Source: Marsupella aquatica (Eukaryota > Plantae > Marchantiophyta). Taken from it: a stretch of 64,000 nt of DNA. The notes beneath the pieces were generated by a model that saw nothing but the letters and a program-made list of their open reading frames with translations, made no database searches and was not told where the DNA came from. Below are positions 1 through 14,727 of the stretch, piece by piece. The position numbers and the translations under genes are program-made. The stretch is from NCBI GenBank assembly GCA_973895155.1, contig OZ316898.1:11927187-11991186 (forward strand). The letters are read 5' to 3'. Each line of letters starts with the position of its first letter. The first letter of the stretch is position 1.

Positions 1-37
1 GCTTGTTAATACTGTGTTTTTGCATTTGGTTTTGCAG

Positions 38-3000
38 TTGTTGTGCTCTCTGCACTACTCATAGCAGTTATCCCATTGGCAGTTGGGACTCATCATCATA
101 GGCATTGGATTTACTTGGCTCTGGTCCTTCTTGTGGTAGCCTGTCCCTGTGCCTTGGTTATATCCACGCCTGTGACTACAACATGTGGAATTGCACAGGC
201 TGCTCGATCAGGCCTACTCGTTAGGGGAGGCGGTCACTTAGAAGCCTTGGCAAGGGTGAAGGTGCTGGCAGTTGACAAGACCGGGACGTTGACTGAAGGC
301 CACTTTCGTGTCTTAGACGTCCATCCTATTGACAGTGGGACAAGTGCCCAACAAATCTTATATTGGTAGGTGGTAGCCCGCGGAACTTCTGTGTTGCTTT
401 ATACATGACTGTTGTTGAACTCGTCAAAACTGCCCCATTTATGTCCTGTGCAGTTTGGGGACGTACAGTTTTTAACTTCTATGTTTTCTCACCACATGTA
501 TAACCCCTTGTTTCACGCGCTTGATCCTCTACTGAAGCTGTTCAGGATTGAAGATTTGGTGTCCCATGCATTACTGGTCTGAACTGAACTGTTTGTTTTG
601 TTTCTAGGATTGCATGCGTGGAGAGCAAATCGAGCCATCCACTGGCACCAGCGCTGGTTGCATATGCACGACTGCAGGGAGTTGAACCAACTGGGGATAT
701 TTCAGATTTTGAGATCCTTCCTGGATTGGGAGTATCCGCCGTAGTTGACGGCTGTAAAGTGCAGATAGGAAACGCCCGGCTAGCTGCTAATTTTGTTGGG
801 TTCGAAGGTAAGCATCGGAATCTAAAAAATGGTTGTCTTTTCGTGTGAGCTGTTCTGGGTTATCCTGATTGTTTGTTCAGCACGGTGATGGTGTTGTGAG
901 GCTCGATTAGCACATGCAGACTTACCGATGTTTCTGACATTCTAAAGTTTGACACGCAGGCTCCAACTCTGAAATTGTAAATACATGGAGTAGTCTGGGT
1001 GCTACCATTGGCTGGGTTGGGGTCAATGACCGATCTGTTGGGTTGTTTGGAGTTGCTGACTCTGTGCGGCCCGAGGCCATTGAAGCAGTAGCCAGCCTGA
1101 AGGTAGGATCTCGACCTCGATTTTGCACCCCAACAAACAGAGCTGGCATGAACGCAAGGGAGAAGTAGTCAGTCTGTTGTTCTCATGAAATGTTCGGTCT
1201 AGTGGTTGTCATTCAGTGACCTCCTTTCTGTATATTTCTCCTAATGTAAGTGGAGGTCCGGTGTATTGATCTGCTCACCGAGAGCTGTGACTGCTTTTCT
1301 GTATATTTCTCCTAATATAAGGGAAAGTCCGTGTGTACTGATCTGCTCACCAAGAGCTGACTTTTTGTTTGACTTACGCTAATACGTTTTGGACATTTGT
1401 CGACAGAAATTGGGCTTGCGAGTGGTCATGCTCACCGGTGACAGCGCTGCGGCTGCTTCTATTGTCCATACCCAGGTACTTCCGATAGTTCCTGCAGATG
1501 TTTGTGGTCTAGACAAGCCAAGGAAGCTTTGATGAGTGATTCCCCCTTTCAGGGATACTCTGAACGTCTATGTGACATCCAAGTCCTATTTCTTGTTGGT
1601 GTGTTCAGATTGGCGATATCGAGGTTCATTCTGAGCTCCTTCCTGAAGACAAGGTTAAACTAGTGAAGGAGTTGAAAGGAACTGGGGTCACTGCTATGGT
1701 GGGCGATGGTATAAATGACGCTCCAGCTTTGGCTCTGGCAAATATTGGAATTGCAATGGGTGTGGCAGGTTCTGCGGTTGCTATGGAAACCGCTGACGTT
1801 GCCCTCATGACAAATGATCTGCGGAAACTGGCAGTGGCCATCGAACTTGGACGGAGTGTCAGATGGAAGATCATTCAGAATGTCTCCCTGTCGTTCCTCA
1901 CAAAACTCGCCATCATCATTCTTGCAGCCGCAGGACACCCCTCCCTGTGGGCTGCTGTCCTTGCAGATGTCGGGACATGTTTGGTGGTGATCTTTAACAG
2001 TATGCGTTTGCTGAATAGAAAGAAGGGAGTTGTTCTTCCCAAGTTCGAGTCGAGTAAACAGCAGGGTCACAAGCGTGGCCATCAAAACCATGTCCATGGG
2101 CACCACCACCACAACCATGGAAATCACAATGATCTTCAAGAGCATGATAGTACAGACTATCATCAGCATCATCACCAGGAGCTTGGCAAAATTAGAGACA
2201 GTCATGATCATCATGATCATCATCACCCTCATCCTCACGAGGAGGTTGACAGCTGTGGGGACAGTCACCATCATCTTCACGAAAACCGTGACAGAACCGG
2301 AGACAATGATCACCATGAGCTTGACAAGACGTGTGAGCATGACCATTCTGTCCATAAGATGGATCATCATCACATTCACGGACTCAGAATTCCTTGCTGG
2401 CCTTCTCACCGACATGGGCACAGCAAAGCGGAGGAGGACCATGTTGTCATTGTCAAATTAGATCATACACCGACAGGTCAACCTGTAAAATGTTGGTCAA
2501 AAATCCAGCATAAAGTTACATCTCTTTCAGGAACAACTGCAAAGAGCAGAAAAGTGTGCACGAAAACTAGCTTTGAAAGCATTTGTTGTTCTGAGACCAG
2601 TATCAGTGTAGACAACAAATGTTGCCAGAGCTCAAATAAGGAAGCCAAATCCAGGTCCAAGATAAAGCAAACCTATAGATCTGCTCCAGACAGCACACCT
2701 AGCATCAACTGCTGCACAAAGCCAGGTAGAAGGACTGAATGCTCTGCGGGTAATAGCACCTGTTCCACAGGCGCAGATGAAGACAGCAAACCTAATTCAA
2801 AGCTTCATCTGAAGCCTCGGGCTAGTCAAGGACCTGTTATGGGCAAACAGTGTTGCCCTAGACAAGATAATAATAAGAAGTGCTTGACTGCAGATAACAA
2901 ACTTAAAAGGACAACTGGTAGCTATTGTTGCTCTGGGCAATTAAAGGCCAACTGCTGCTCCGATGCGAAAGGTAAAGCAGCATCGGACAGCAAGTGTTGC

Positions 3001-3534
3001 GCTGGGCAAGACGAGGAGAAGAGACGCTCCTCAAACTCAGATACAAAACTTGAGGCAGGACATGATCATCATTTTTATTCTGGACAGGAGGACAAGGAAA
3101 GGACATGTTGCTCACATTCAGAAAAGAAACTGCAAGAACCTGGTTGCTCTGTACCAGACCCGGCGAACAAATCCTTCTCCAGTTCAGCTAAGACGCTTAA
3201 GGCATCATCCGGGAGCCAAAATTGTTCTGGACATAATGTGGAGAAGAAATGCTGCTCAAGTTCTGACAAGATACTTAAAGCAGCATCTAGCAGCCAGTGT
3301 TGTTCTGAAAAGGATGCCGAGAAGAAAGCCTGTTCTGGAGACGACGCGGAGCAAAGTTGCAGTCATCATGATGTAGCCATTCAACCACGCAAGGCAGCGG
3401 CTACTGAAGCCTTCCGCAGTTGTGGAATGTCCAGGTGTCAGTCTGCAGATCATAGCAAATGTTCAACAGAGGCACTGGTGCATAGTCCTCTGCGAGATCT
3501 CAGTTCATTCACGCGTCCAGTCTCTCCTCTCTAA
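38..3534 (+). CDS. HMA: P1B-2 heavy-metal (Zn/Cd) ATPase, HMA2/HMA4-like; 3' exons only (5' end is upstream of the window)
   Basis: Exons 38-365, 608-807, 960-1102, 1407-1475 and 1609-3534 join in frame at GT-AG sites. Motifs: CPC(x4)Sx[35 protein letters not shown]7 Lys (TKL), TM8 ADVG. Followed by a ~500-aa His-rich then Cys-Cys-rich tail. Confidence 0.95.
1228..1362. repeat. ~70-bp imperfect tandem duplication in an HMA intron
   Basis: ctgtatatttctcctaat...gatctgctcacc(g/a)agagctg occurs twice in a row. Confidence 0.75.
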
Positions 3535-6482
3535 CTGATGGGTCCAATCATCGTTGTTTTTATTTCGTATACATATATTTCCTGGTTCGTATGTTGAACA
3601 GACATGTAATATGCTGGATCCTTTGGCAGGGATTTTGCTGGTATCATCTAGCAACTGTAATTCGATATGAATCATTGAGCCATAGGTTAAGTTCTATGGA
3701 ATGAGTCGTCATCTTATAAGATGCGAGGTTGAAGAGAGCATCAGTGTTGCTATTGAGGCTGATTATGGGTGTCTTCTTAAGACAGGTCAAGAATAACAGA
3801 GCTCAAGTCAAGCTACAAAAGTAGAAACGGAAAGTTGGTATCATCGTTTTCTGTCAATATTTTCACGAAAATGTGGGATGGGTGATGTTGAGAACTGTTT
3901 GAATGATTCAAAGATCAAACAGATAAAAGGGTTTAGAATAGTGATATGGGCGTGGGCATCGTCAAGTTGTCTATAGCTTGTCCCAGAGGGCACAGGTTAT
4001 TCACTAGCCAGGTATTGCAACAGAGAAGATTGTTTAGAGTGGGTTGAGGAAACGGTTTTGTGTGTTTTGTGGAAAAACGTAAGACTTGACAGAGAGTCCG
4101 AAGGGATCTGGAATGAGCATCATCAATGTGTACTAAAGCCAGAAATAAGGTAGTTCTGATATTGCAGCAAGGAGAGAAACTGGTCTCGTCGTTTCCTGTG
4201 AACTTGAGATCTGGATGAAGCAGTAGCATTTTTTGCATTCCACTCGAAGATTATGTTAGTTGTGGAATTTTTGGCGAACTCAACTTTGGAATAAAGAGGG
4301 ATAGTGTATTTTCGTTTCCCTGTGAGGTTCTGCAGTAGATTGTTTCACTGATTACTGTGAAACGCTGTGCTGCTTTTGCAGACTGACCCTGTTGAGGTCA
4401 GTCTGAAAAGAGGACTCCCGGTATGAAAAGTCTGGGGAGGCTTCATTGTTTCTCCGCAGTCTTTCAGTAACTCAGCCCAAAGAGCAAATATAAACAACAC
4501 CACTAGTAGGAATTACTGGGCGGGAGTCGGCGAATAGTGCATTCCTCTACTTCAGAATTCAACGTTGGGAATTTACGCCTTTTTATCATTAATCTGTCAA
4601 CTAATTGAAGAGAAATTTCACTGATTCATTCAGGTCAACATGAGCATTCAGCTGTGCACCTTTTTCAGGCCTCTTTGAATTTAGCTGTGTATTTTCAAAA
4701 TCATGTTATTTGACAGAGTGCACTTGTGAAAGCTTAAAAAACTTTAAGAAAAAGTGTCACAATTGTTGAAGGTTACCAAAGGCATCATCCCCATTCTCAA
4801 TATTGTCAGTTGCGAACGTCTCTCCAGCTTCATCGTCAAAAACTTATCAGATGTTCTCAAATGGAAAAGACTCCCATCCTGGCGAGTCAGAAGTTAAGAG
4901 CCCTTGCAAGCTTCGTAAATTAGATCCTACAGCAAAGGCAATCTTGAACTAGATCCTGCAGCTAGGGCGATTCACTTGAATGCCCTAGCAAGATAGGCCG
5001 CCTACTTTATCATGCTTATAGTAGCGTCCAAGAATTGTACTTATCAGTTCATCGAAAAGGTTTGTCACCAAATGGCGCCGCGGACGAACTAGTCCAGTAC
5101 AGGGACAGTAGCACGGGAGGTCTAGTCTGGGTTGAATTGTTTTTGTGGGAATCCTCAGGTTTCAATATTCCTCACCAAACAATGGTGGAGAGAACCGAGG
5201 GAAATATGTCAATAATCCCAGTCCTGAGGGCGGGCTGGCCTCCATAAAACACGAAAAATCGAGCACGAGCCAAGCATAGCGATCCATTTTATCGATATCA
5301 GTTGATACAGGATAGGTTGAATGGGCTACAGTGTCCAAGAGTTCTGAGAGACTTCACAAGGATTCATAACAAGGAAAGGATCCCTCAACAGGGCCAACTT
5401 AGCAGTTGCGATCAGTACAAGGATCTCTCTTTAAGAGCCAGTCCAGTGAACGAATCAATAACATAGAAATCTTCGAGACGTAGTGTTGTGAGTCATTGAT
5501 TCCTGAGCAGGCCAATAGCATCGCATGGACAAGAAGCAGGACAGTTATTCGTCTTTGGACCGAGTCATGTTAGCGACTAGACGTCTTGAACTTGATTCAA
5601 TCCCTGGAAAAACATGCAAACCTGGTGAGGGAGTGTGCCAATAATCAGGTAGAATGATGAAGCATTCATGAGAAAGTGTACGACTATTCTTTGAGCCAAT
5701 TATCCACGGGGGTCACAATTATATTCAACACATCATGTGCGAATATGTACAACCTCTAACCCGTTTTTCTAATGACATGTGACATTTTATCAGAACCCTT
5801 TCTTGAATGAATTAGAAAGCAGTAGTTTTTGGTCGAACGTGATAAGCCATTCAAACGGAAATGAGATCCCTAAAGGACAGTTCACTAGAACATAGATTCC
5901 ATAGCTACGACGTGGTCTTCACTAGACCAGCAACACAACTGGTTTTTCATGTCTCACTGTCCAAAGGCTGTAATGCTCTAAATAGAGTTCCTGAACTATC
6001 CTTTATTTACAATTGAATTTAAATGCTTTACTGGTCTATCCCTAGAAAACTACGAGTGGAAACTGAGGTTTGCCTGTGTGTTAGAATCAACTCTTGATGG
6101 TGTCTGAAGCAGCTTACAAATAACTGGACTTGTGGCTTATCGGTTGACTACTTTGGCCACCATATCATTACAAGAAATATTTGTTTGAACAAACTTTAAA
6201 TGCTTTGATCATATAAAACTTCATTTAGCCCCATTTGGACCAAAGTATGACTATATCAACCACTTTAGGATGCTAGCAGCTCCTACTGCTGCAGTCTCTA
6301 GGTAAACTCAACAGAACTTGAAGACATACGCAAACATACTTGGAGATGTCAGTCTCCCAATCGGCAATCCCTGTCTTCATGCTCTTCGGTTGACTCACAT
6401 ATTTATCCATCGACCATAAAAGGCATATGAGTAAGGGAAACGTTTCAACACGATAATTGTCATCTCTTAAAAATGTGAGAAT

Positions 6483-9400
6483 TCAGTAGGAGTCGAGCTC
6501 AATGATTTTCACGACTGACGAGTTTCCAACTTTTTGGCAGACAACAATTCGGTCATGTGCCCTGATGATGCCAGCTACCTTCCCATGATCCAGAGCCACC
6601 TTCAAAATCGATTCATTGTTGGGATTCGTTGTCCCAGCCTATAATAATGCACACGCAACAGACATCCAGTAAATAAAAACATTGCCAAGATAACAGGTAG
6701 AAATTAAATACTTAAATAAATAAAATTATTTCACACTATTTGATACGAGGCATGGAACAGCAAACGCACTCCCCCCCCCCGCCTACCTTGCACACGGAGA
6801 AACAGAGCACTCAGATATCTAGAGGATTACATTGTGTCCTCACCGCTTCAATCTTACCAAAATCCTCTTTGATGGGGTGGCTCAAGCCATGTGTAGTTGG
6901 AAATTGCTATCTTGTTAAACTGCTATCTTTGGAAAGACCAAGAGAAAGCTTCACATACGAGATAATTACATGACAATAGAGACACTGACACTTAATTCAA
7001 GAAGATAAATTTTCCTATCATATTGTACGCCCAGGCCGCACAATGTTAAGCACAATAGGTCACAGAAGCCATTAAGGGAAGGGATGCGATTCGAGTCCCA
7101 GACGGTTGGTGTGTATGTATAAGGAATCCAACGCTTTGATAAGTCTTACAAAGTGATTCAAGTTTTAAAATTATTTTCTAAAACTTTTTCCCAATTACGG
7201 GCAATGTCGAAAACGTGGGCTCCTAACGATTCAGGATATTCTTGGTCACTTATTCATTTAGTTGAGAGAAAGATTGCCATGATAATCACTGGTTTTGGAG
7301 ATAATACCGTGTCCACCATATATTCTCATTGCTCACTCACTCAATCACTTGAGTTTGGATTCAATAAGATTCTCTGATACAATGGATGTACTGACGTTCG
7401 CAAAAGCAACAAGAACAATCATCATCACTTCATATATCGTTTGTGAGGCAGGAAACAGGACAGCATGGTTTGCCAACAAGCTTCGCACAGTAAACCTTTG
7501 CCTGAGACACAACCGAAAGGAAACGCTTACCGGATGTCTAGGGTCTGCGAGCATGGGAAAGAGACCTCTCACAGCCAAACATTGCCTTGCCTGCAAATAC
7601 ATGAATTTAAGTAAATTGACCAGGCCCAGTTCAAACATTCTTCCTCGGGGAAAATTTGTTCTATACTAAAGAAAGGAGTTTGATATCTGATAAGCAAAGG
7701 TGGGGTCTTAATATTACTTACCTGGAATGCCCCTGTGAAAGTCCACCGCAGACGATTTGTAGTAAGTTTGGGAATGATGACCACTAGCACGGGCATTGTT
7801 GGCTTGTATTTTGAAATTAATCTAATGCATGAAGTTCCACGAGAGCGTTACTATGATAACCACCAGTAGACTAACATATGTTTTGGAAAGACGAAAGAGT
7901 GAGCATGGAATCCTTGGCAATAGTGAAAAATACCTATGAGATTTCCCGGAGCATTAGCATTTCAAGCAACGTCATGTTATACGAATGATTGCTCGGCTAT
8001 GTCAGTACTTTTGCTGTTTCCCCTTGCTTTTTATGATCAACAATCAATTGTTACACGTCCTTCACACCTTTTCAGCCTATCAAACATTTGAATGTGGGCA
8101 AAAGTACAGTAGTACTACCTTGCCGCCTTTCCAGAAGATGTGAAGACAAGTATGACTGCAGCGTTTACTTTTATTGCAGCCCTAACCTGCAACGCCACAA
8201 GATTTCTGACACTGACTACACAAAACAGTAATGCCGATAATACAAGTTTTCACAGTGACACAAAGTCCAGAAATTCTCTTCTCATATATATATAAGCATA
8301 TGGGGCCATCAACACTGAATAGAGAGCGAGAGAGCGAAAGAGAGAGAGCACTACGGATTTTGTTATGTCCACATCTTGGTGACATTTACGCATCACGACT
8401 TTCTTGAATAAAGCAGAAAGTTTAAATCCTCACAACTATCAATAAGCACATCTACAATCTCAGGAAGGAGGGAGGCCATACTGCTGAGGATGCAATTGAC
8501 TCCAACTGTGACATCGGCTCCCCGACAAAATTCACAGCTCTTTTATAAAATACAGGTTGATTGAACACCTTCTCAGCCTGAAAACAATGTTGTCAACTTG
8601 GCTGTAAAGAGGTGATCCACAGCATTTAGGGGTGAGCCCTTATTTACTCCACTACCACATTTGAAGGTTTGAATACACTTATTTTGAGGACAAAGTCAAT
8701 GACAACTATTACGAAACAGTCTGGGCTTGAAGATTATGGCAAATATGTGCAGAAAAATACAAGTTCGACTGGAGAAAATGTCACACCTCTGTGCAGATTT
8801 TGTGCACCGTTGAAATCGTGTCAACTGGATACTTTCCCCTTAGTGTTTCTGCTCCTAAAAGGATACCATCAGCACCTGCATATAGAAAAGTCATGACACA
8901 GGCACAATACAATTTAAGCACTGATAAAACTATGTTATCGGATTGTCATTAGGACAAAGATGGACCAAAAAGGGCAACAGTTTATATGCAGAATTCTTGG
9001 TCATTCTGGAGGAAAATATCTCTCTATGGTTGATGCTGTCATTTCACTAAGATTCTAGGCATTGGTTCAACGGAACAAATCTACCCCTATACTATTCCCT
9101 TGTGCAAAGGGCTAAAGACTGACCTCTCACTGCACATACCCGTCCCAGGTTGGTTTCAAGACAAGAAGCACACATGTTTGTGATAGGGATGCATACTACA
9201 CCGTTCCTCTAAGGTGAACGAAGACGTAATACATACACATGAGAAGAGAATGCATGTATCATTGGACACGGGACAGAAAGGGCATGGTGGCAGTAAGCCT
9301 AACGATGTTGAGTTCTAACATAATAATGTACTGAAAACTGTCCATTTGATGTATCATTAGAATAATAAACAAATTGTTGGTAATAAAACGTTATGTGTGA

Positions 9401-12400
9401 GTGCAAAATTCAGCTACAATTAGATGGCGACGGGTAAAGAGAGAAAGATGACCATCTAAGATAGCATTTGCCACATCAGTGGCTTCTGCGCGAGTTGGTC
9501 GGGGTGTGTCAGTCATTGAATCAACAACCCGAGTGACAAAAATTGGTTTTCCAGCCATGTTGCTCTTGTGAACTGCTGCCTTTTGAAAGAGAAACACCTG
9601 CCCACAAAGAGAAAACTTTGAAAAATTCCTCAACGACGCGTGAATTAGTAGACTCTCTCCTTTAATTCACCACCTATGTTACTAATTGTAAGTCTAAATG
9701 CCTGGATATCCAAGTTCGTGTCATTTAAATTTATGTATTTTAAATCAATGAACAGCCGATTCACAAAAAAAAGTCTTCTCAGAAAATAGAGGTTGAGATG
9801 AGACCTTTTCAGGAGGAAGATCAATACCAAGGTTTCCACGAGACAAGATAATGCCATCCGCCTCTTTCAAATCTCATCGAAGTGCCTCAAACCCTGGAAT
9901 TGAGGCAAGAATAAAATGGCACTTCAGCCCTTCAGATATCTTGTCTATCCATCACATATATAAGGTAGGACAAGACTTACTTTCAACTCAGACGAGCATA
10001 CAATGCCTCCTAACTATTTCAAGCCTTTAAGGTGCATCACTAGGTTCATCAGAGCCAAAACGATGATTTCTGGAGGACTGTCATGTCTTTTAGGCAAAAT
10101 ATAATTCGCCCATTGACCAAAAGCCTTGAATATAAATAGCATCGAGTGCAGTGCTGATCACGATACAGAAAATCAAACAGCATTTTACTCCATGATATGG
10201 TACCAAGCACCATATATTTGGAGACCACTATTGGGCTGGGGGTCACTCAAACATGTACATCGACATTCTCGATCTTCGCAAATATTTGTGTCTGGTGGAG
10301 ATCTCCCAGCTTTGCTAGATGTGCCCGTGCCTGCAAACAGCAAAAAGTATTTTGTCTATAAAAAGAATCCATAAAGTTTGAAACATGCATCTAGAATGAT
10401 CACGGTCAGCCAAAGTGATATTAAAATTCACACCTGGAGTACATCCTCAGCATGCCTTGTATAGGAGAGCGATAGAAAGTCAATGTTGTTACGCACTCCC
10501 CATGTTGAGATTATCTGCAAACAATCCACCATCTCAGACAAGGAACATGCATAATGACAAGCTTCGCAGTATCATTAATGAGAAACACTCTTGAAAGGAT
10601 AAATAGTATTGATCAGATTATTTTATCTGCAGAGAGGTCTACGGAGCCTGCCTCAAGCTAAAATGTTGTGCATGCCAACGCTAAATATTTGGTAAATTGA
10701 GTTCACATGTTAAGAATGGCAATTTAATTGATATGAGGGAAGATATTTGCGCTTACCTCCCTGTCAAATTCAGTCAAAGTAGGGAGGGTAACGTGAACTT
10801 GAGCCGCATGTGCAGTGAACAGAGCCCCTCTTAGTGTTGTAGAATTCTTGACGAGGCATATAACGTTCATGTTTTGCACCTCAGCCACCTGATAGAGGAA
10901 CAAACTGTTTATGCTATTTGGTTTAAAGTGAATATCCTTAACTGGATGGAAAATTAGAAGTCAAGTACATCATGTAATGAAAATAAAAAGAGGACCTCAA
11001 GCCAGACTGAAGTTGATTCACTCCCAGTAAATAAATATTCTCCCACAAATATCATATCTTTTGGCTTGACTGCCTGCACAAACAGAAATCAAGTAAGTAC
11101 TTTCTTGAAGAGTGAGACAAAGCTTGAATACCTTACCACCACGCGAACTCTTACTCCAAGAAACTTCATTGCACTCACCGGCATGAGAATTCTACAAAAG
11201 CTTGTTACAGGCATATTCCATTCTCCAATTGATAAATGTAACAAACTGGATTGAGTCGAAAACTGGCAAGAACAAGTATAAAATCTACCCAAGAGAAGAC
11301 AGAATCAGTTGGGATTAATTGCCCCATCACCTAGAAGCCCACAAGTCTCTAATCAGTAATATGACCTTGTTCGCTTGCAAAAGGTTGAAAGTACAACTCA
11401 CATTGGCAAGCTCTGGGTAGTTGATCGGCAACATTGTTGACGAGGATTGTTGCGTGGTGTCTGGTGTTAGCGTCACAAATGCCTCCGCCTCTAGGACAAT
11501 GGGTTGCTCCCCTTTGTTGAGAACTTGCATTTCGGGTCCTGCCGTATCAAACATCACCTGTTTGGAAGAACTGCATGTTAACAATGAAGTCCGGCACACA
11601 TAGAAGCCCACACAAGTCTGGTGGACTATAATTGAGCTATTGCATCTCAGTCTCTGTAAGACAAGCATTGATGGCACTGAAGATATTGAGACCGAGGTAT
11701 TTTGTACACGCACAACCCTCACACTCCAATGTACATAGAAACTTTGGATACTCGGAGAATCATTACTAATTCGAAGTCTGGATTAGTCACTTAAGCTATT
11801 GAGACCAATTTATTTCGTACAGTCACTCACAAGCCAAATACTCCAGGGTACATTGACACTTTGGACACTGCTTATCATGAGAATGTGAACTTAGCGGTGA
11901 AGATTGCAAGACTATAAAATGCTCATAAGTATAGTAAAAAATAAAACTTAGGGCGAATCTGAGCACTGGGAATTGGGTGGCGTACGGCACAAAGTCTTCT
12001 CGTATTCTTCACAGCAGTCTTCAAGTTATTCATAGTCTCTTGGTGGTATGCCTCATCCCCCCAGGAAAAATCAAACCTGGCAACTGCCACACAAACAGAT
12101 GGTCAATAAAGCTTATGAATGGGTAAAAGCATAATTCTAGTTTTGGCTCATGAAGGCCCAAATTTCTTTCCCTCCCTTTGTTTGTTTGTTTTTTTTTTTT
12201 TTTTGCCTTGAAAACCGAAAGCAGGCCCATCCAACAGAGGATAGACGTCCTGCTTTGGAGCATGCATTTCTATGTAGGGCAGCCACAAGGGGACAATACC
12301 CAGGGATCCGACAGGGACCCAGACCAGGAGGGAGAAAGGATTAAACCAGAACCCAAAGTGGACAACCAGGGCTGAGGAGATAATCAATACTCCCACCACT

Positions 12401-14604
12401 ACACCCCACCCACACACACATACTCTCCACACCCCTTATGTGTGGAGGGAGGATTGAACCTGGGACCTCTCGGTTCTAGGCTCATCCTCTGGCCAACTGA
12501 CCAAAGCCAGTTGGTTCTTTCCCTCCCTTTTCAAAACTTAGTTCGGTGGGTCCTTAGCAGTAAAACTTATACATATCTGCATTGATCATCCAGAAGGACA
12601 GAGATTGACCCTTTCCAGTAGCATATTAACCATGAAAACACAAAAGATTGATAGTTTTTGACAATGTTCGTACCTGACATGCCAGCTTGGAGAAGCTTTT
12701 CAATTGTCTCAACATCTCGAGATTGGGGCCCAAGGGTTGCAATTATCTTGCTCACGGATGAAAAGGATTGCTGTGATACAGAGACATAATAATCAGAATT
12801 ATGAAAAAGATCCTTGAAAAACATTGATCCTCCTCATTATTTCCTAGTGAGGCAGTGCAACCAAGTTCAGTATTTTACATGCTTTTATCAATTCTCAACC
12901 TAGGAACAACGGCCGTATTCTTTGAGAATTTGGACTGATAGTCTCACCACAATTGAGCAATCAATCCAATAATTGGGTTTTGCAGTTTAATGATCTTGAT
13001 GGACATGCAAAGGAATGATCTTGATGGAGGATCATGTCAGCATGCTGGTCCAATAAAAAGCTTAACATCACTGTTTCTGCACCCCTTGACCTTATTACTA
13101 ATGAATTCTTGGAATTTACTAAACTTTGAGCCAGGCACCTTATTAAAGTTCTATGTTTCTGTAGAGGACGAACCAATATTACCTCTAATTCTTATAATTT
13201 AGCTCCACAAGAATCATTGAGGCTTGCGCATTACAGGTCGGAATAGGTAGTCAATGAGCTGCACTTTGACCTTAACCAGTGCTGCTTCTTGAGATGAGTG
13301 ATTTCAAGATTCTTTTTCGAAAATCACGATCACTATTTCAGTAGAGAGACTAAAACTGTCATCTATGGCTCCACGTAGATCGAAAGTTCAGTGCTAATAG
13401 CTATAACTTACTTATTCCTGCGAGGAAAGGTCATTTAAGTTTGATTAAAATTGCGTGGTCACTCCCTGTGCAATTGTACAGACGCAATTGTACAGGTACA
13501 TCTTCGCCGCTTCTAACTGTGGAGAGCGCGAACTCAAGAGTGATCCATTCACCATCGAATTCAACATCGTTCTCCTGCACGGGTGTAGGAGAGTACTTCT
13601 GATTCGTGTGTATTTAGCGTGAAGGCTACATAATTTCTAATCATGGATGTTGAATGAACGCTTCCTGAAGTCCTTACACCAACTTGAGGATGAGTTCCCT
13701 TCACAGTAAATGGAATTCATCCAGTGGGACAGCCGGACATTATATACTTCGTGTGCCAGTTTGGCGAAGAATCACTTGGTGGATACTGATACACAATATG
13801 AACTTGACAACAGAGTTCGCAAAAAGATTGGAAAACTGTTAAGGCAGCGAGAAGTGCGCACAAGACTAGTCGAAAGATACGAAATAGGAGGGATGCAAGA
13901 TGACTTGGGAATAGATAAAACTGCTAGGACACCTTGATTTGCAATAGTGGCAAACACCAAGTAATGATTCAACTGAGCAAGAAACTCAAATTCGAACACA
14001 AAAGTCTGATGCATCTAGTCAAAGCGAAGTAGCTCAGATAGGGACAGGCAACGGGAATTGGCTACACGGAAGCCCGTTCGGCTGTGAATTAGACTTTCAC
14101 TGGCTCATCAGACAGAATTGAACAGCAAAATGGCCACTACACTACGAACGTTGTTATCACCCTTTCTTTCGAAATTGATTCACGCAATGAGGAACATTTA
14201 TCCTCGCTCCATCGCACTCGCAGTCATGCTTCATACGTGCCTCGAACTGAATAGCAGTCAGACTGCCCGGCCCGACAAAGAGACATCCTATTCCAATCGA
14301 TCAATTGACTGACTGGAAAGGCCACGGCTAATTAGTCAAAAGCTCACGCCAATTCGACAACGAGGTCAATAATATCGATCAATTGACGGACTGGACAGGC
14401 CATGGTTAATTACTTAATAGCTCCCGCCAATTCGATAACGAGGTTAATTAAATAGATCAATTGACTGCCCGGATAGGCCACGCTTAACTGCTTAATAGCT
14501 CACGCCAAAATCGATAACGAGGTGAATTACGTTACCTCCTTAGATGTCTCTAAAATGGAGGCCAGCTTGACTGGCTCCTGCAGGAGCAATTGCGATCCTG
14601 GCAT
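6483..14604 (-). CDS. PK: Cytosolic pyruvate kinase, multi-exon (about 16 exons)
   Basis: Exon 1 14604-14536 [23 protein letters not shown]; 12770-12674 [14 protein letters not shown]; 12083-11986 VARFDFSWG; 11557-11402 VMFDTAGPE. Later exons carry [49 protein letters not shown] and [12 protein letters not shown]. Last exon 6638-6483 ends ...[11 protein letters not shown]. Splice sites checked were GT-AG. Confidence 0.95.
12180..12514 (-). mobile_element. tRNA-derived SINE in a pyruvate kinase intron
   Basis: 16-bp TSD TTCTTTCCCTCCCTTT at 12164-12179 and 12515-12530. The minus-strand head has Pol III box A (TGGTCAGTTGG) and box B (GGTTCAATCC). A-rich tail (T run at ~12180-12204). Confidence 0.9.
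14297..14525. repeat. 3 x ~77-bp tandem repeat in pyruvate kinase intron 1
   Basis: gatcaattgac...aggcca...agctc(a/c)cgcca...cga(c/t)aacgagg repeated at ~14297, ~14375 and ~14453. Confidence 0.85.
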
Positions 14605-14727
14605 TTTGCCGGCTTCGACTTCTGTCTGTACCTTCACGAACAATCTCGTCGCTGTTGCGCCTTTTCTCGATCCTCCGTCTCTACCTGCCTTCACGAACTT
14701 TGGATGGAATTTTCAACTTCTGATTGA

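Noticed and set aside
1660-2461. Met/Ile-rich ORFs overlapping HMA
   Set aside because: Alternative-frame and antisense shadows of the His-codon-rich tail.
12440-12514. Possible tRNA gene
   Set aside because: Only box A/B are retained, and it is part of a TSD-flanked, A-tailed SINE.
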